A stretch of 64,000 nucleotides of DNA from Heterodontus francisci (lineage: Eukaryota), in contig NC_090383.1 in assembly GCF_036365525.1 (NCBI RefSeq), forward strand, positions 10,653,384-10,717,383, given 5' to 3'. The first letter of the stretch is position 1; each line of letters starts with the position of its first letter. This document shows, piece after piece, positions 13,185-26,190 of this stretch. The notes under the pieces were generated by a model that was not told the DNA's origin, did not search any database, and worked only from the letters and a program-made list of their open reading frames with translations. The position numbers and the translations under genes are program-made.

Positions 13185-14051
13185 CAGGGTTGTCCAACCA
13201 TTTTGGGCAGAGGGCCGCATTACGATTTTTGTTCGGTCCAGGGGGCTGGTGAGCAAATTTTGAAAGATAAAGGCATTAAAAATTTATCTTACTAATAAAA
13301 ACAACAAAAATTCAGTTTTGTGAAGAGGCTTTAAATCAGAAGTCTTGACTTTATTGACTTACTTTCTCGTCACTATGTTGAACATTGATTTAGTGACATA
13401 CCTGGCATTGTTTTTGCTTTAATAAGTAGTCAATCTCTGCCCGCATACTTGATGTGGTGATGCAGAGTATTCTGGATAGATGTCCACCTTTCAGGAGTGA
13501 TCTTGGTCTCTCTGTCTCTGTCTCTCCCTCTCCCTGTGTTCTCCCCTCTGTGTTGTCCCCCCTTTCCCTGTCTCTCTCTCTGCTCCCCCTCTCTCTCTCT
13601 CTTTGTTTTCCCCCTCTCTCTTTGTCCCACCCCTCCCCCCCCCCCCCGTTTTACCCTCTCTCTCTTTGTTTCCCCCTCTGACAGTTGCACTGAGTGGGAG
13701 TGCTTAGCATAGCAGCTTTGTGGTTGGTCAGTTTGTTTAAAAACACCGTGCTGAGTTTCACAGCTGACAGCTGCTGAAGCAGGAACGCGCTTCCCAACAT
13801 TAAACAGATTCAGGGTTATCCGGCAGGCTTTTAAAAAAAAAATCAGAAAACCCCAAAGTGCGTTCCTGTTTCAGCAACTGTCAGCACGATGTTTTTAACA
13901 AGGCTGGTCTGCAAGAACACAGAGGGAAACTTCCCATCTCCAATCACGGAGCCCTGGGGAGGATGAGGACCCGCCTCAGGTACAGTTTACACCCGCAGGG
14001 CGGATGGAAACCTTTGGCGGGCCGGATCCTGGTCCATGTTGGACAACTCTG
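13185..14051. mobile_element. Non-autonomous hAT (Charlie-like) DNA transposon
   Basis: 14-bp TIR CAGGGTTGTCCAAC / GTTGGACAACTCTG (1 mismatch) and 8-bp TSD ttacagag (13177-13184) / ttacagaa (14052-14059). It contains an internal CT-rich tract. Confidence 0.88.
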
Positions 14052-14281
14052 TTACAGAATCATTTACGGCACAGAAGACGACCATTCGGCCCATCGAGTC
14101 CATGCCGAGTTGTTAGTCCCTCAAAACAAGGATGACATCTGCCAGCTTTCATGATTTGTGTGTCCTCAGATGATTCGGCAGGTCCAACCTGTAACTACAG
14201 ATCTTTGCATAGAGAGGACAGGAGCAATCCTGAGGAAGAGGGTCGGGGCAGGGGGGAGTGGTGGTTCTCAAGCCAGCGTTC

Positions 14282-14629
14282 TTTTTTTTTAGAGATACAG
14301 CACTGAAACAGGCCCTTCGGGCCACCGAGTCTGTGCCGACCATCAACCACCCATTTATACTAACCCTACACTAATCCCATATTCCTACCACATCCCCACC
14401 TGTCCCTATATTTCCCTACCACCTACCTATATTAGGGGAAATTTATAATGGCCAATTTACCTACCAACCTGCAGGTCTTTTGGCTTGTGGGAGGAAACCG
14501 GAGCAACCGGAGAAAACCCACGCGGACACAGGGAGAACTTGCAAACTCCACACAGACAGTACCCAGAATTGAACCCGGGTCGCTGGAGCTGTGAGGCTGC
14601 GGTGCTAACCACTGCGCCACTGTCCGCCC
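14282..14629 (-). mobile_element. HE1-like V-SINE
   Basis: tRNA head (tggcgcagtgg...gggttcaatt), V domain (tgtgtggagtttgca...ctccggtttcctcccaca), CR1-like tail (ccgaagggcctgtttcagtgctgtat) and A tail. Confidence 0.9.
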
Positions 14630-15571
14630 TGTTCTCTTTACTTTTGCTTTCATTGTTTCCCTGTAGCAAAGCTTATGCAATCAGTTTTGATTGTGTTGCG
14701 GCTTGTTGGATGAGGCACTGCCACATGGTGTGGTTTGTGGCAGGGTCCTCCCACACACTGATGTCAATTTATCCCCTTTTCAATGAGGCCTTCAGAATCT
14801 CCTTAAAACATTTTCTCAGGCCTCCTTGAGGTTGGGTGCTATCCTTAAGTTGTGAGAAGAGCATCTGCTTTGAAATTCAATTATTTGGCATGTGGATGCA
14901 GTGTCCAGACCAGCAAAGCCTAAAGCCAGTTTGGTTTTGGAAAGCAGGTTGGATCCTAAAGCCAGTTAGAACAATGCTCAATCGCACTTTTGAGCACCAC
15001 CACCATGTGAGATCCCCATTGCCCCTTGAATAAACCTATACCCAGACTGACTCCAGACCTCATTCCAGACCAGCAACCGGCCTTAGACTTGACCACTACT
15101 AGCTCACCACCTTAGATTTGATCACCATCACAAACTAAACCTACTTTCATAAAGTATACTAGTCCTGGATGCAGTGGCCAGATTAAGAAACATTACTGCT
15201 ATAATTTTCGCAGTGACACCAATATTGTGGCTTTACTGTGTTTCAAAAGAGCATTTCACTTTGCTGCCAGCTCCCAAACCACGCCCCCTCCCCCACTTCT
15301 CCATCAGCAACCTGACCCTCTCATATGCTCTTTTCCCTGCAACTTCTCCTCACACCATCCCCCATCCCCCGCCAGCTTTCTTGCCTGCTGTTTCCCACAC
15401 CCACTCTTGCTATCTCCTTCCAAAAATTCAACTTAGTCATTCCTGGCCTGGAAAACGGAAGAAAGATGACAAACATACAATGTGTATCTGGTCCATCCAG
15501 CCTGTCCTACCCAATTGTGATACCATGTGTAGCACTATATATATACTCCCCACCCAAAACCATGTTATTTT

Positions 15572-16340
15572 TTATTTGTTCGTGGGATGTGGGCATCGCT
15601 GGCTAGGCCAACATTTATTGCCCATCCCTAAGTGCCCTTGAGATGGTGGTGGTGAGCTGCAGTCCATGTGATGTAGGTATACCCATAGTGCTATCAGGGA
15701 GGGAGTTCCAGGATTTTGACCCATCGACAGTGAAGGAATGACGATATAGTTCCAAGACAGGATGGTGTGTGGCTTGGAAGGGAACTTGCAGGTGGTGGTG
15801 TTCCCATGCATCTGCTGCCCTTGTTCGTCTAGGTGGTAGAGGTCGCGGGTTGGGAAGGTGCTGTTGAAGGCGCCTTGGCGAATTGCAGCAGTGCATCTTG
15901 TAGATGGTGCACACTGCTGCCACTGTGCGTCGGTGGTGGAGGGAGTGAATGTGTGTGGATGGGGTGCCAATCAAGCAGTCTGCTTTGTCCTGGATGATGT
16001 CGAGCTTCTTGCGTGTTGTTGGAGCGGCACCCATCCAGGCAAGTGGAGAGTATTCCATCACACTCCTGACTTGTGCCTTGTAGATGGTGGACAGGCTTTG
16101 GGGAGACAGTAGATGAGTTACTCGCTGCAGAATTCCCAGCCTTTGACCTGCTCTTGTAGCCATTGCATTTATGTGGCTGGTCCAGTTCAGTTTCTGGTCA
16201 ATAGTGACCCTCAGGATGTTGATTGTGGGGGATTCGGCAATGGTAATGCCATTGAATGTCAAGGGGAGATGGTTGGATTTTCTCTTGTTTGAAATGGTCA
16301 TTGCCAGACACTTGTGTGGCGCGAACGCTACTTGCCACTT
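15572..16340 (-). mobile_element. 3' part of the tRNA-headed LINE family (CR1/L2 supergroup)
   Basis: ORF 15615-16301 (YKAQVRSVMEYSPLAW) and tail gggcaataaat...ccagcgatgcccacatccc shared with 41090-41140 and 53060-53125. Confidence 0.88.
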
Positions 16341-17440
16341 GGATAGAGGATTGACTAACCAACAGAAAACAGGGAGTTGGGATAAATGGGTTCTTTTCTA
16401 GTTGGCAAGATGTAACTAGTGCGTGGCCACAGGGTTCAGTCCTTGGGCCCCAACTATTTACAATCTATATTAATGACTTGGATGCAGGGATAGAAGGTAC
16501 TATACCAAATTTGCTGATGACACTAAAATAGGTGGGATAGCAAGTTGCAATAAAGAAATAAGAAAATTACAAACGGATATAGATAGGTTAGGTGAATGGG
16601 CCAAAATTTGGCAAATGGAGTTTAACGTGGATAAGTGTGAGGTTATTTTGGTCGGAAGAATAGAAAGGCAAATTATTATCTAAATGGAGAGAAACTTCAG
16701 AGTGCTTCGGTGCAGAGGGATCTGGGTGTCCTCGTGCATGAATTGCAGAAAACTAGTATGCAGGTGCAGCAGGTAATGAGGAAGGCAAATGGAATTTTGT
16801 AATTTTTTGCTAAAGGAATAGCGTATAAAAGTAGGGAAGTGTTGCTGCAACTGTACAAGGCATTAGTGAGACTGCACCGAGAGTACTGCATACAGTTTTG
16901 GTCCCCTTACTTGAGCAGGGATGTAGTTGCAATGGAGGCAGTTCAGAGGAGGTTCACTAGATTGATTCCAGAGATGAGGGGTTTGTCTTATGAAGAGAGA
17001 TTGAGCAGTTTAGGCCTCTACTCTCTAGAGTTTGAAAGAATGAAAGGAGATCTAATTGAGGTATATAAGATGATTGAGGGGATTGACAAAGTAGACGTAG
17101 AGAGGATGTTTCCTCTGGTGGGGCAATCTAGAATGAGAGGTCATAGTTTTAGGATAAGGAGTAGCAGATTTAAAACAGGGATGAGGAGAAATTACTTCTC
17201 TCAAAAGGTCGTGAGTCTGTGCAATTCACTACCCCAGAGTGCAGTGGATGCCAGGACATTGAGTAAATTTAAGGAGGATATAGACAGATTTTTAATTAGT
17301 AATGGGTTGAAGGGTTATGGAGAATGGGCAGGAAAGTGGAGTTGAGGCCGAGATGAGATCAGCCATGATCGTAGTGAATGGCGGAGCAGGTTCGAGGGGC
17401 TGAATTGCCTACTCCTGTTGCTAGTTCTTGTGTTCTTATG
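16341..17440 (+). mobile_element. CR1 RT/3' fragment nested in the opposite-strand LINE
   Basis: KFADDTK-like segment, ORF 16839-17345 (EYCIQFWSP...GYGEWAGKW) and tail ttcttgtgttcttatg. Confidence 0.9.
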
Positions 17441-17770
17441 TACTCGGTCAAATGTTGCCTTGATGTCAAGGGTAATACTCTTACCTCACCTCTTGAGTTC
17501 AGCTCTTTTGTCCATGTTTGGACCAAGGCTGTAATGAGGTCAGGAGCTGAGTGGCCCTGGAGGAACCCAAACTGAGCGTCAGTGAGCAGGTTTTTGCTGA
17601 GTAAGTGCCGCCTGATAGCACTGTCGACGACACCTTCCATCACTTTGCTGATGATCGGGAGTAGACTGATAGGGCGGCAAGTGGCCGGGATGGATTTGTT
17701 CGGCTTTTTGTATACAGGACATACCTGGGCAATTTTCCACATTGCTGGGTAGATGTCAGTGTTGTAGCAT
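17441..17770 (-). mobile_element. Upstream RT piece of the tRNA-headed LINE family (continues into 15572-16340)
   Basis: IYPAMWKIAQVCPVYKK...RPISLLPIISKVME is nearly identical to the translation of 63870-64000. Confidence 0.88.
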
Positions 17771-19649
17771 GTGACCTCCTGTGAGAGGCAAGAAACTAGA
17801 TAAAAACCCCAGACTAATTTGGTGGGAAGAATCTGAGAAATTCCTCTCCGACCCATCTATGTGATCAAAACTAGTCCAAGTGATCACTCCGGTCCTGAAT
17901 TCCAAGCAGGACCTTTTGTGAGAGGTGATGTCTGCCCCAACCAGAAGCAGGTCAAGCTCTCGCTTGAAGGATTAGTGTCGAGCAGGACAGGATAATAATG
18001 AACAGCAAGGGCCTGTAGTCTGAAGACAGTACATGAGACTGCAATGGAACAAAAATCTGTCACCTGCTTCAAAGGAGAGACAGAAGTATTTCTACGCCTA
18101 CTAGAGCTGCTCGTTGAGTTCCAAATCCCAGGTCAGGACAAATGGACAGAGTGAGAAAAAAAGACACTGTAATTACAAAGAGAAAGGAGAAGAAAGCCAC
18201 AGAGAGATGGCAGAGAGTAGGCACGAGAGAAAAACTGCTGATAGAGGAAGCTGCAGAAAGTGGGAGAGGATGTGTGAGGACAAGAGGAAGGGACAAAGAC
18301 ACAGGCATCAACAAGGCAAAGTATGTTGAAGGGATAATGAGAGACAAAAGGAGTGGAAGACAAACAGAATGACAAGAGAGCAGAAAGGAAAAAGACCCAC
18401 AAAACAAGCAGAGTGTTCATCAGAAATGAAAAACAAGCACTTTCTAAGAGCCATGTCACAGAAGATGAAGGGGTGAATATTTATTCACTCATTTTGATAT
18501 CTTTACTCTGTGCCACGACCTTAAGGGCTCCTAACTCTGCCTGCATTTGAGATCTTAGAGCACACGTTGGAAAATGGCCCACAGGTTTCTCAGGAACCCT
18601 GACCTGTTGAAGTCAGGGACTGCAGTCTCTTTTTGTTTGCAATTTTACAAGATTGGCATCAGAATGCCATTGCTCTTGTCAGTCTCCGAGGGATTGTCGT
18701 CAATTGCACAAATCTGACCCCCACTTGAAGCTGATTGGATTGCCTTGCCGCCTGTACAGCAGGGTTTTGAGATGATCCCATTGCTGATGGAGGGATTAGC
18801 CTGTGCCACTTAAATTCTTCCTGTAACGAAAAATGGCAGAATATTTGCTTTATCTGTGTGTTATAGCCTGCCAACAAAGTCTCAGGAGCACGTGACTTGG
18901 AAACAGCAATTTCTGAGAAAGTGATTTTGTTGCGGGGGGGGGTTGTTACTTATTACCAAAAAAACAGACATTCTCACATTTGTTTGGTGGTGGGGGCAGT
19001 GGGGGGGGGGGGGGGGGGTGAGAGGGGGTGGGAGGGGAGTGCTGTTTACAATTGGAAATTTCATCCTCCCTATCCCCCCGCCACGTAGAGTCAGCTTTAA
19101 ACTTAAACTCAGCATCTGACAGGCTGCCGGTTCCAGCAGCAAAGAGGCCGGAGCTATTTCGAGGCCTGGGCCTTGTGCAAAAGGGCATCCCCTCGAGGCC
19201 TGCTGGCTTGAAGCTGTCTCAATAATCAGTGGGGCCGCAGGCCTGGCAGCAGGATTAGGTCAGCGGGGTGGGGTGCCGTGAGGCTGGGGTTGCGATTGCC
19301 AAGGAGAGGGACAGGAGGCAACAGTCCTGATTGGTTTGCTGGGCCTCGCCAAGAGAACTCCTGCTCCCTTCATCCCCGCATAAAAAATTCAAAACCTACC
19401 TGCTCAGAACCTCTTCTGCAACACCTTCAGTGAAACTGGTCAGAGTGCTGTGTGGCACATGCTCCAACCAGTTCTGTGCTATAATGGATCCTGCATACAT
19501 CGTAAGCCCCCATTTTGCACATTAAAACAGGACTACCGCCTGAAACAGGCAGGTGCATGGTCCACTCAGCATAGGTCCCTGTAAAAGTAGCCGACAGTGT
19601 CTCCATTAATGGGACAGAAAGTCTCCTGGCTCCATTTTGAGGCCAACAA

Positions 19650-19800
19650 CGACAACTTGCATTTGTAGAGCATCTTCATCATAGTAAAACCTCCCAAGGT
19701 GCTTCACAGGAGCATTATCAAGCAGCCAATTGACAATGAGACACATAAGACGACAGGCAACCAAAAGCTTGGTCAAAGAGGTAGGTTTTAAGCAGCGATT
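19650..19800 (-). mobile_element. L2 3' tail fragment
   Basis: aaagcttggtcaaagaggtaggttttaag is the reverse complement of the L2 tail seen at 23900-24045 and 59340-59500. Confidence 0.65.
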
Positions 19801-19834
19801 TCAGAAATTTAAATATCGACCTCACCCACACAGT

Positions 19835-20441
19835 GGGTTGGTTTCTTCTCCCGCCGCTAGGAGCGGTGGCAGGAGAAAAAGACGACTCGCACATGCGAGC
19901 CGTGCGCCCCCATCCCGCCTGGATCTTCTTTGTGGCGGCCCAGGATAATGAGCCAGTCAGGCCGCTGCCCCCACTCCCCCAATCACATGGAGGGGCGCGG
20001 ACTCGCTGAAGCTAGCAATGGCGTCAGCTGCCTGTAGGCATGTGCTGGCACCAAATTTAAAGAGCAGCCAGCCCTATTGGGTCATTTACGTTTTTAAAGG
20101 GCTAACCCCCCCACCAAATGTATCACCCCTCTCCCCCCCCCATTAACAATTAAATTCAACATTTGCCCTTTCCCCCCACCCCCACCAAAACTTCAACACT
20201 TGACTTCCCCCCCCCCCCCCCCCCCCACAAACTGATCAAAGTGCAGAGGTCTCCCCTTCTCTACTCCCCTTCACTTGTAATTGACCTTAGAGCCAGCTCC
20301 CTGCCACCCAACTGCACTAAAGAAAAATCATAAGTTCCCCCCTTCCCCAGCGGCTCCATGGTGGGCCGCTGCTGGAACGATCCTCCGCCCCCCGACCCCC
20401 GCCATGGAGCCCGACGTCGGGACCTCAGTAAAATCCGGGCC
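19835..20441. mobile_element. PIF/Harbinger-like MITE
   Basis: gggttggttt...gtaaaatccgggcc with a 3-bp TSD AGT (19832-19834 / 20442-20444). Confidence 0.6.
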
Positions 20442-21109
20442 AGTGCGTTTACACCCATAACCGCATCATCAAGTGTTGATCATCTTCCTGGCACAATTTA
20501 GCTACAATGTGCTGCTAACTATTCCTCCCATCACGATGAAAGCTTCTCAGAATGTACTTTATGATTAACAGAAAAGGATGCAAAATCAGGCTCTCAAATT
20601 ATTGATGAATCCTGGGACTAAAAAGAATCCTGGCTTTCAGATCTTCAGGCTTTCAAATCGCTCCCTGAATGTTTTCACTTTGTAAAACCGTAGCTAATCG
20701 TAATCTTTTGAAAACAAATGTCAGGCACTACATGAGCTGAAGAACAGTCTGCAATGATTTTTATGCCAATAATGTGTTATTAATATTTACTGATCCTTCT
20801 GCTATTGCTTTCATACTCCAAGATGAAATTGACTCTAAAATACTTGTGCCTGTTTGGACAACTCTTGGGAATTGGCAGAGTAACTGAAGGTACAGTGGCA
20901 TCACTGGCTCTATCTTTAATTATTTACTCACCCACATTGATGTTATTGGTCTGAAATGCTGGCAGGATTAAATCCAACATTAATCCTGCCCACTAAACAT
21001 GCTCTCCTCAACCTTTCTAAACTTAACAAAATCTAGGCTGAAATTCACACCGCGTGATTGTGTTGAGTTTAAGAACATTTGGTGGACTTCGTTTTCAGAG
21101 GTGCCATTT

Positions 21110-21415
21110 TTCGATTGAGTGGGTTAAACCGATGCCTGACTGTCATCTAAGGTGTACAGTAAAGGACCTGTCGTGCTATTTTGAAGAAAAGTAGGGGAGC
21201 TTTTCCCCAGTGTCTTGGCCAACATGCACCCCTTAACAACATCATTAAAAACAGATTATCTGGTCACTGCTATTTGTGGGAGCTTTCTGTGCACAAATTC
21301 GCTGCCCTGTTTCCTTCATTACAACAGGGTCCACGCATCACAAGTACTGCATTGGCTGTAAAGTGCTTTGGGATGTCCTGAGGTCGTGAAAGGTGCTACA
21401 TAAATACAAGATCTT
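21110..21415 (+). mobile_element. DeuSINE (SacSINE1-like) fragment
   Basis: Deu domain (gaagaaaagtaggggag...aacagattatctggtca...gtgcacaaatt) and tail gctttgggatgtcctgaggtcgtgaaagg. Confidence 0.8.
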
Positions 21416-22389
21416 TCGGCTTGCCTACAACTTTCAATTCCCAAGAAAAAGCAATAAATAAAAAGAAAATCGATTTTCATCTTTCCTTTTACAACCTCCT
21501 TAAAAGTTATGAGTGACAGTTAATTTGCAGGTGAAGACGTGGATCATCGGAAGGATGAAGCAGTCGGTAGTTTTTCACTTCAAATCCAGCTCTCACCAGG
21601 AGATCAGATTCGAAACTAATGCTGCCCTGCAGTTTCTAACGGCAACTGACTTACTTATCAATCATAAGGCCCACTATTACTGCTTCTGACTTCTCCGAAG
21701 TGAAGGTTTGTTACCAGCATCATTCATTTTCAGTTGGAGTTTATTTAAACAGGGAATTGTCATCTGGAATTTGCATCTTGAGACAAGAAATTCCTGCATG
21801 TTAACAAGGTACAGAAAAAGGCAAGTGCTCTGCCATCAATGTTCCCAATTACTGTTGACCTCAATTTTGCAATTGACCCTTTGCTAACAATGTGGCAAAC
21901 CAGAAATTCCCTAAGACAATGGCTCTTTAAGAAACTTGACAAAAGTACACTACTGCTATAAGGGATTGAGTACAATCCTGGTTCCTTAAAGCAGGCAACT
22001 TCATGACGTCCTTTACTTGAGCCTACAAAGGACCGACTCTCATGACTTTTCACCCTTGACCTCAGCCCCACGCACAAATCACTATTACATCAACTCTTGA
22101 CCTTCAGCAGGTTGGCCAATCCAAACACTCCACCTCAACCGTCAGCAATGAAATATTCCACATCCATCCATGCCTTGCGCTGACACTGTCAATTCAATGG
22201 AGGACAGGCTGCTTAGGCATCCTTTTCACGAATGTTTACCACGTGCAAAATTGTTCAGAATTGGCCTGGTAGCCACAATAAGGTCCTCTCACTATCTTGA
22301 AGGAAGATGCTAGTTGCATAGCTGATGAGAGATTGTCATGATTGGGTTGCAGAAAGGGAAGCTCTGTAACTCCAACTGGTGCAACCATC

Positions 22390-22975
22390 CTTCCTTCCTT
22401 TTAGCCTCCTTGTCTCAACAATGGGTAAGTGCCTAGAGGTGGTCAGTGGTTTGTGGCGCAGTGCCTGGAGTGGCTATAAAGGCCAATTCTAGAGTGACAG
22501 ACTCTTCCACAGGCGCTGCAGGTGAAGTTGGTTGTCAGGGCTGTTACGCAATTGGCTCTCTCCTTACACTTCTGTCTCTTTTCCTGCCAACTGCTAAGTT
22601 TCTTCGACTCACCACACTTTAGCCCCACCTTTATGGCTGCCCGCCAGCTCCGGCGACCGCTGGCAACTGGCGCCCAGGACTTGTGATCAATGTCGCAAGA
22701 CTTCATGTCGCGTTTGCAAACATCTTTAAAGCAGAGACATGGACGGCCAGTGGGTCTGATACCAATGATGAGCTCACTGTACAATACGTCCTTGGGGATC
22801 CTGCCATCTTCCATGCGGCTCACATGGCCAAACCATCTCAAGCTCCACTGGCTCAGTAGGGCATACATGCTGGGGATGTTGGCTGCCTTGAGGACTTCTG
22901 CGTTGGAGATACGGTCCTGCCACCTGATGCCAAAGGTTCTCCGGAGACAGTGAAGATGGAATGCGTTGATAACCA
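22390..22975 (-). mobile_element. RTE LINE 3' fragment, same family as 8141-10278
   Basis: Closely similar to 8150-8725; C-terminal CSACGRVCHSRIGLYSH. Confidence 0.9.
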
Positions 22976-23104
22976 TCGTTTGATGGGTTATTGGTGTCCT
23001 TTTTCTGTGATCAGGAGAATGGTGGCAACACACCTATGCATTTGGTTAGTTGTGCTGTTCACTGTGCTGCTTGTGTAGAGCTCCTAATGACTGCTGTCTG
23101 CCTA

Positions 23105-24050
23105 GTGAAGCCTGATGACCAACTAGCGAGAATTGTTCATGGCTCTGTCTCTTCAGGTGTTGTCCCCCTCTCAAAAAAAACAACTCTTGACCCCACAGTC
23201 CTTGTAAATTACCATCCCATTTCCAACCTTCCTTTCCTCTCCAAAGTCCTTGAATGTATTGTCGCTTCCCAAATCTGTGCCCATTTTTCCCGAACTCCAT
23301 GTTTGAATCCCTCCAATCAGGTCTCCGTCCCGGCACAGTACCAAAACGGCTCTTATCAAAGTCACAAATGACATCCTATGTGACTGTTACAAAGGTAAAC
23401 TATCCCCCCTCATCCTTCTTGACCTATTTTCAGCCTTGGACATGGTTAACCACACCACTCTCCTCTAACGCCTCTCCACTGTTGTCCAGCTGGGTGGGAC
23501 TGCTCTCACCTGGTTCCACTCTTATCTATCTAATCGTAGCCAAAGTATCATTTGCAAAGGCTTCTCTTCCTGTTCCTGCACCGTTACCTCTGTTGTTCTC
23601 CCAAGGATCTATCCTTGTCCCCCTCCTATTTCTCATATACATGCTGCCTCTCGGTGACATCATCAAAGAGCAGTGTTAGTTTTCACATGTACGCTGACGA
23701 CACCCAGCTCTACCTCACCACCACCTCTCTCGACTCCTCCATTGTTGCTAAATTATATGACATCCAGTACTGAATGAGCGTCCCCAATTTGAACAGCTCT
23801 ACCATTGGTGGCTGTGCCTTCAGTGGCTTGGGCTCCAAGCTCTGAAGTTCCCTCCCTAAACCTCCCAGCCTCTCCAGCTCACTTTCCTCCTTGAAGAGGC
23901 TCCTTAGAACCTACGTCTTTGACCAAGCTATTGGCCATCTGTCCTAATATCTTGCCTGGCTCAGTGTCAAATTCTTTGATTACGCTCCTGTGAAGTACTT
24001 TGGGATGTTTTATTACATTAAAGGAGCTACATAAATACAAGTTGCTGTTT
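23105..24050 (+). mobile_element. L2 LINE fragment (RT core plus 3' tail, internally deleted)
   Basis: NYHPISNLPFLSKVLE, QGSILVPLLF and HMYADDTQLY motifs; tail tttgggatgttttattacattaaaggagctacataaatacaag. Confidence 0.85.
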
Positions 24051-24821
24051 TTCTTGACAGTGCTATTGGGATAGATGCTGGAGGCTGTGGAGGTTTGCCT
24101 CCCTTGCAATATCAGGCTTGGGAATATCCCCAGTCTTGAGGCAACACCTAGCTGAAATAAGTGTATTAAACAATACAAATTATCAGTGTCGAAAAGCTAG
24201 TTCAATCTTGGTGCCTTACCAATAAACTCAAGTAGTAGGAGTCAGATCTCACTCATTTACGTTCAATGTCTCTAAATGATTTATTATTTAATCGACCATA
24301 CATTCAAGAGTCATTAAGTATTCTATTTATAAATAAACACTACTTTGTCAACATGAATAACAATCATCACTGCAGTGCCGCAGTACAGCATTACATTTGC
24401 TTGAAGCATTTTGGAAACATTCGCAAAAAAATATTCTGGCATTGTCCCACCCTCAGTTCAGAATGCAGTTGATACACTACTTCAACTGTGTGCAGCTGTG
24501 GCCTGTATTTTATAACTAATGTCAAGCTGAACTTCAAACTTCGTGAATAAATCATTGATGAATGTGCCATGTTGATGATATATATATATTGATGTTCGAA
24601 CTTTACCACCAGTGCAATGCTTTCTGAGACTTTAAGTAAGTTTTACTGCAAGCTGTTGACTCAATTTACCAATCAATCTCTAATTGACATTGGCTTTTGT
24701 GGCTAACATGTGGTAAAATAGCTGACACGAGTAGCAAAGCTCCACCTAATCCTTAACCACAGCTGCTCAAAATAAATACTGGTAGTATTCATTTTAGATA
24801 AATGGTAATATTAGATAGACT

Positions 24822-25256
24822 GACTTGCATTTATATAGCACTTTTCATCACCACAGGACATCCCAAAGTGTTTTATAGCCAATGAAGTACCGTTACAGTG
24901 CTATTGTAACATAGCAAATGCAGCAGTCAATTTGCACACAGCAATGACCCACAAACGGCAATGTGATAATGGCAAGATAATCTGTTTACGTGATGTTGAT
25001 TGAGGGATAAATGTTGGGCAGGACATCAGGAAGAACTCCCCTTCCTGTCTTCGAAAAAGTGCCACAGGATCTTTTATCCACCTGGGATGGCAGACAAGGT
25101 CTCAGTTTAATAGCGCCTCCAAATAACAGCACCACACTCCCTCAGTACTGCACTGAAGTGTCAGCCTAGATTTTTGTGCTGAAATTCTGGAATGGGACTT
25201 GAACCCACAAAACTCTTAACTTCGAGGAAAGTGTGCTACCAACTGTGCCACAGCAG
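24822..25256 (-). mobile_element. DeuSINE (SacSINE1-like), near full length
   Basis: tRNA head (gtggcacagttggtagcac...gggttcaagtccc), Deu domain and L2-like tail tatataaatgcaag. Confidence 0.85.
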
Positions 25257-26190
25257 ATGCTCAAAGCATTGCTAAATTGGACAGCACAGTGCCTAAGCAA
25301 TCGATGACACAATAAAACTGCATACCTTACAATTTCTTGTTGCTCCAATTTTTACATCTAGTGTGGATCAAAACCAGTAATGTGGGTTTTAAATTGATAA
25401 CAGTCTTGGGTCATAGCAACTCCAGGCAGAATATTTACACAGAGATGCACAAGCAGCCCAGACAATCACAGCATTAAATGACAACACTGATATAGATCAA
25501 GAAAGACAATCCATTAACAATTAGCACTGATACAGTTTCACTGGGATTAAGCCACATTTGTTTGGTCTTTCAATGTTATACAATGAAACTAATTAGGATT
25601 AAGCCAGCTGGAAAAGGGGCATTGTGACCACATTGGAAAGGTAATGGACTGAGTGTTATAGTATTAGGTGGAATAGTGTCAGCAGAAATGTCAATAGAAG
25701 AGGGTTTTAAAGTTCCGCAGATCTAAATGTGACTATCAGTTGCCAGTCTAAACTCTACAATTCTGGGGCTGGAGTTGAGCTATTTTTGGCACAATTCGGC
25801 CGCAAATTGTATAACCAATGCAAAAAAAAGTGGAATTTTAAGTCATTTTGCATTTGGTGCAACTTGCGTTTATGCAATCTTTCGCGCTAGTTTAAAAACC
25901 AGGCTGGAAGCAGGCCCCACACACAAAATAGGCCACAGCCCCAGGGTGAATTTATCACCATTATTGGGAGTTCCGCTGATTGTACTCATTCACAAGCTTC
26001 AAAAATTAAACTGGTTCTTTTGGGAGCAAGGAGACAATAAGGTCTGCTTTAAAAGCTTTTAAATGTGTTTTTTTGGTTTTACGTTACCAACCACTGTACC
26101 TCAATATAACTAAAAAATAGTTTTACATTTTCTCTGGGTGATTTTCAGCAATTTAAAATCAGGTTACTCAGAGGTGGGGGATTGACACAG

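Noticed and set aside
18069-18550. Overlapping ORFs in a purine-rich tract (also 593-958, 13430-13712)
   Set aside because: Low-complexity GA/CT sequence.
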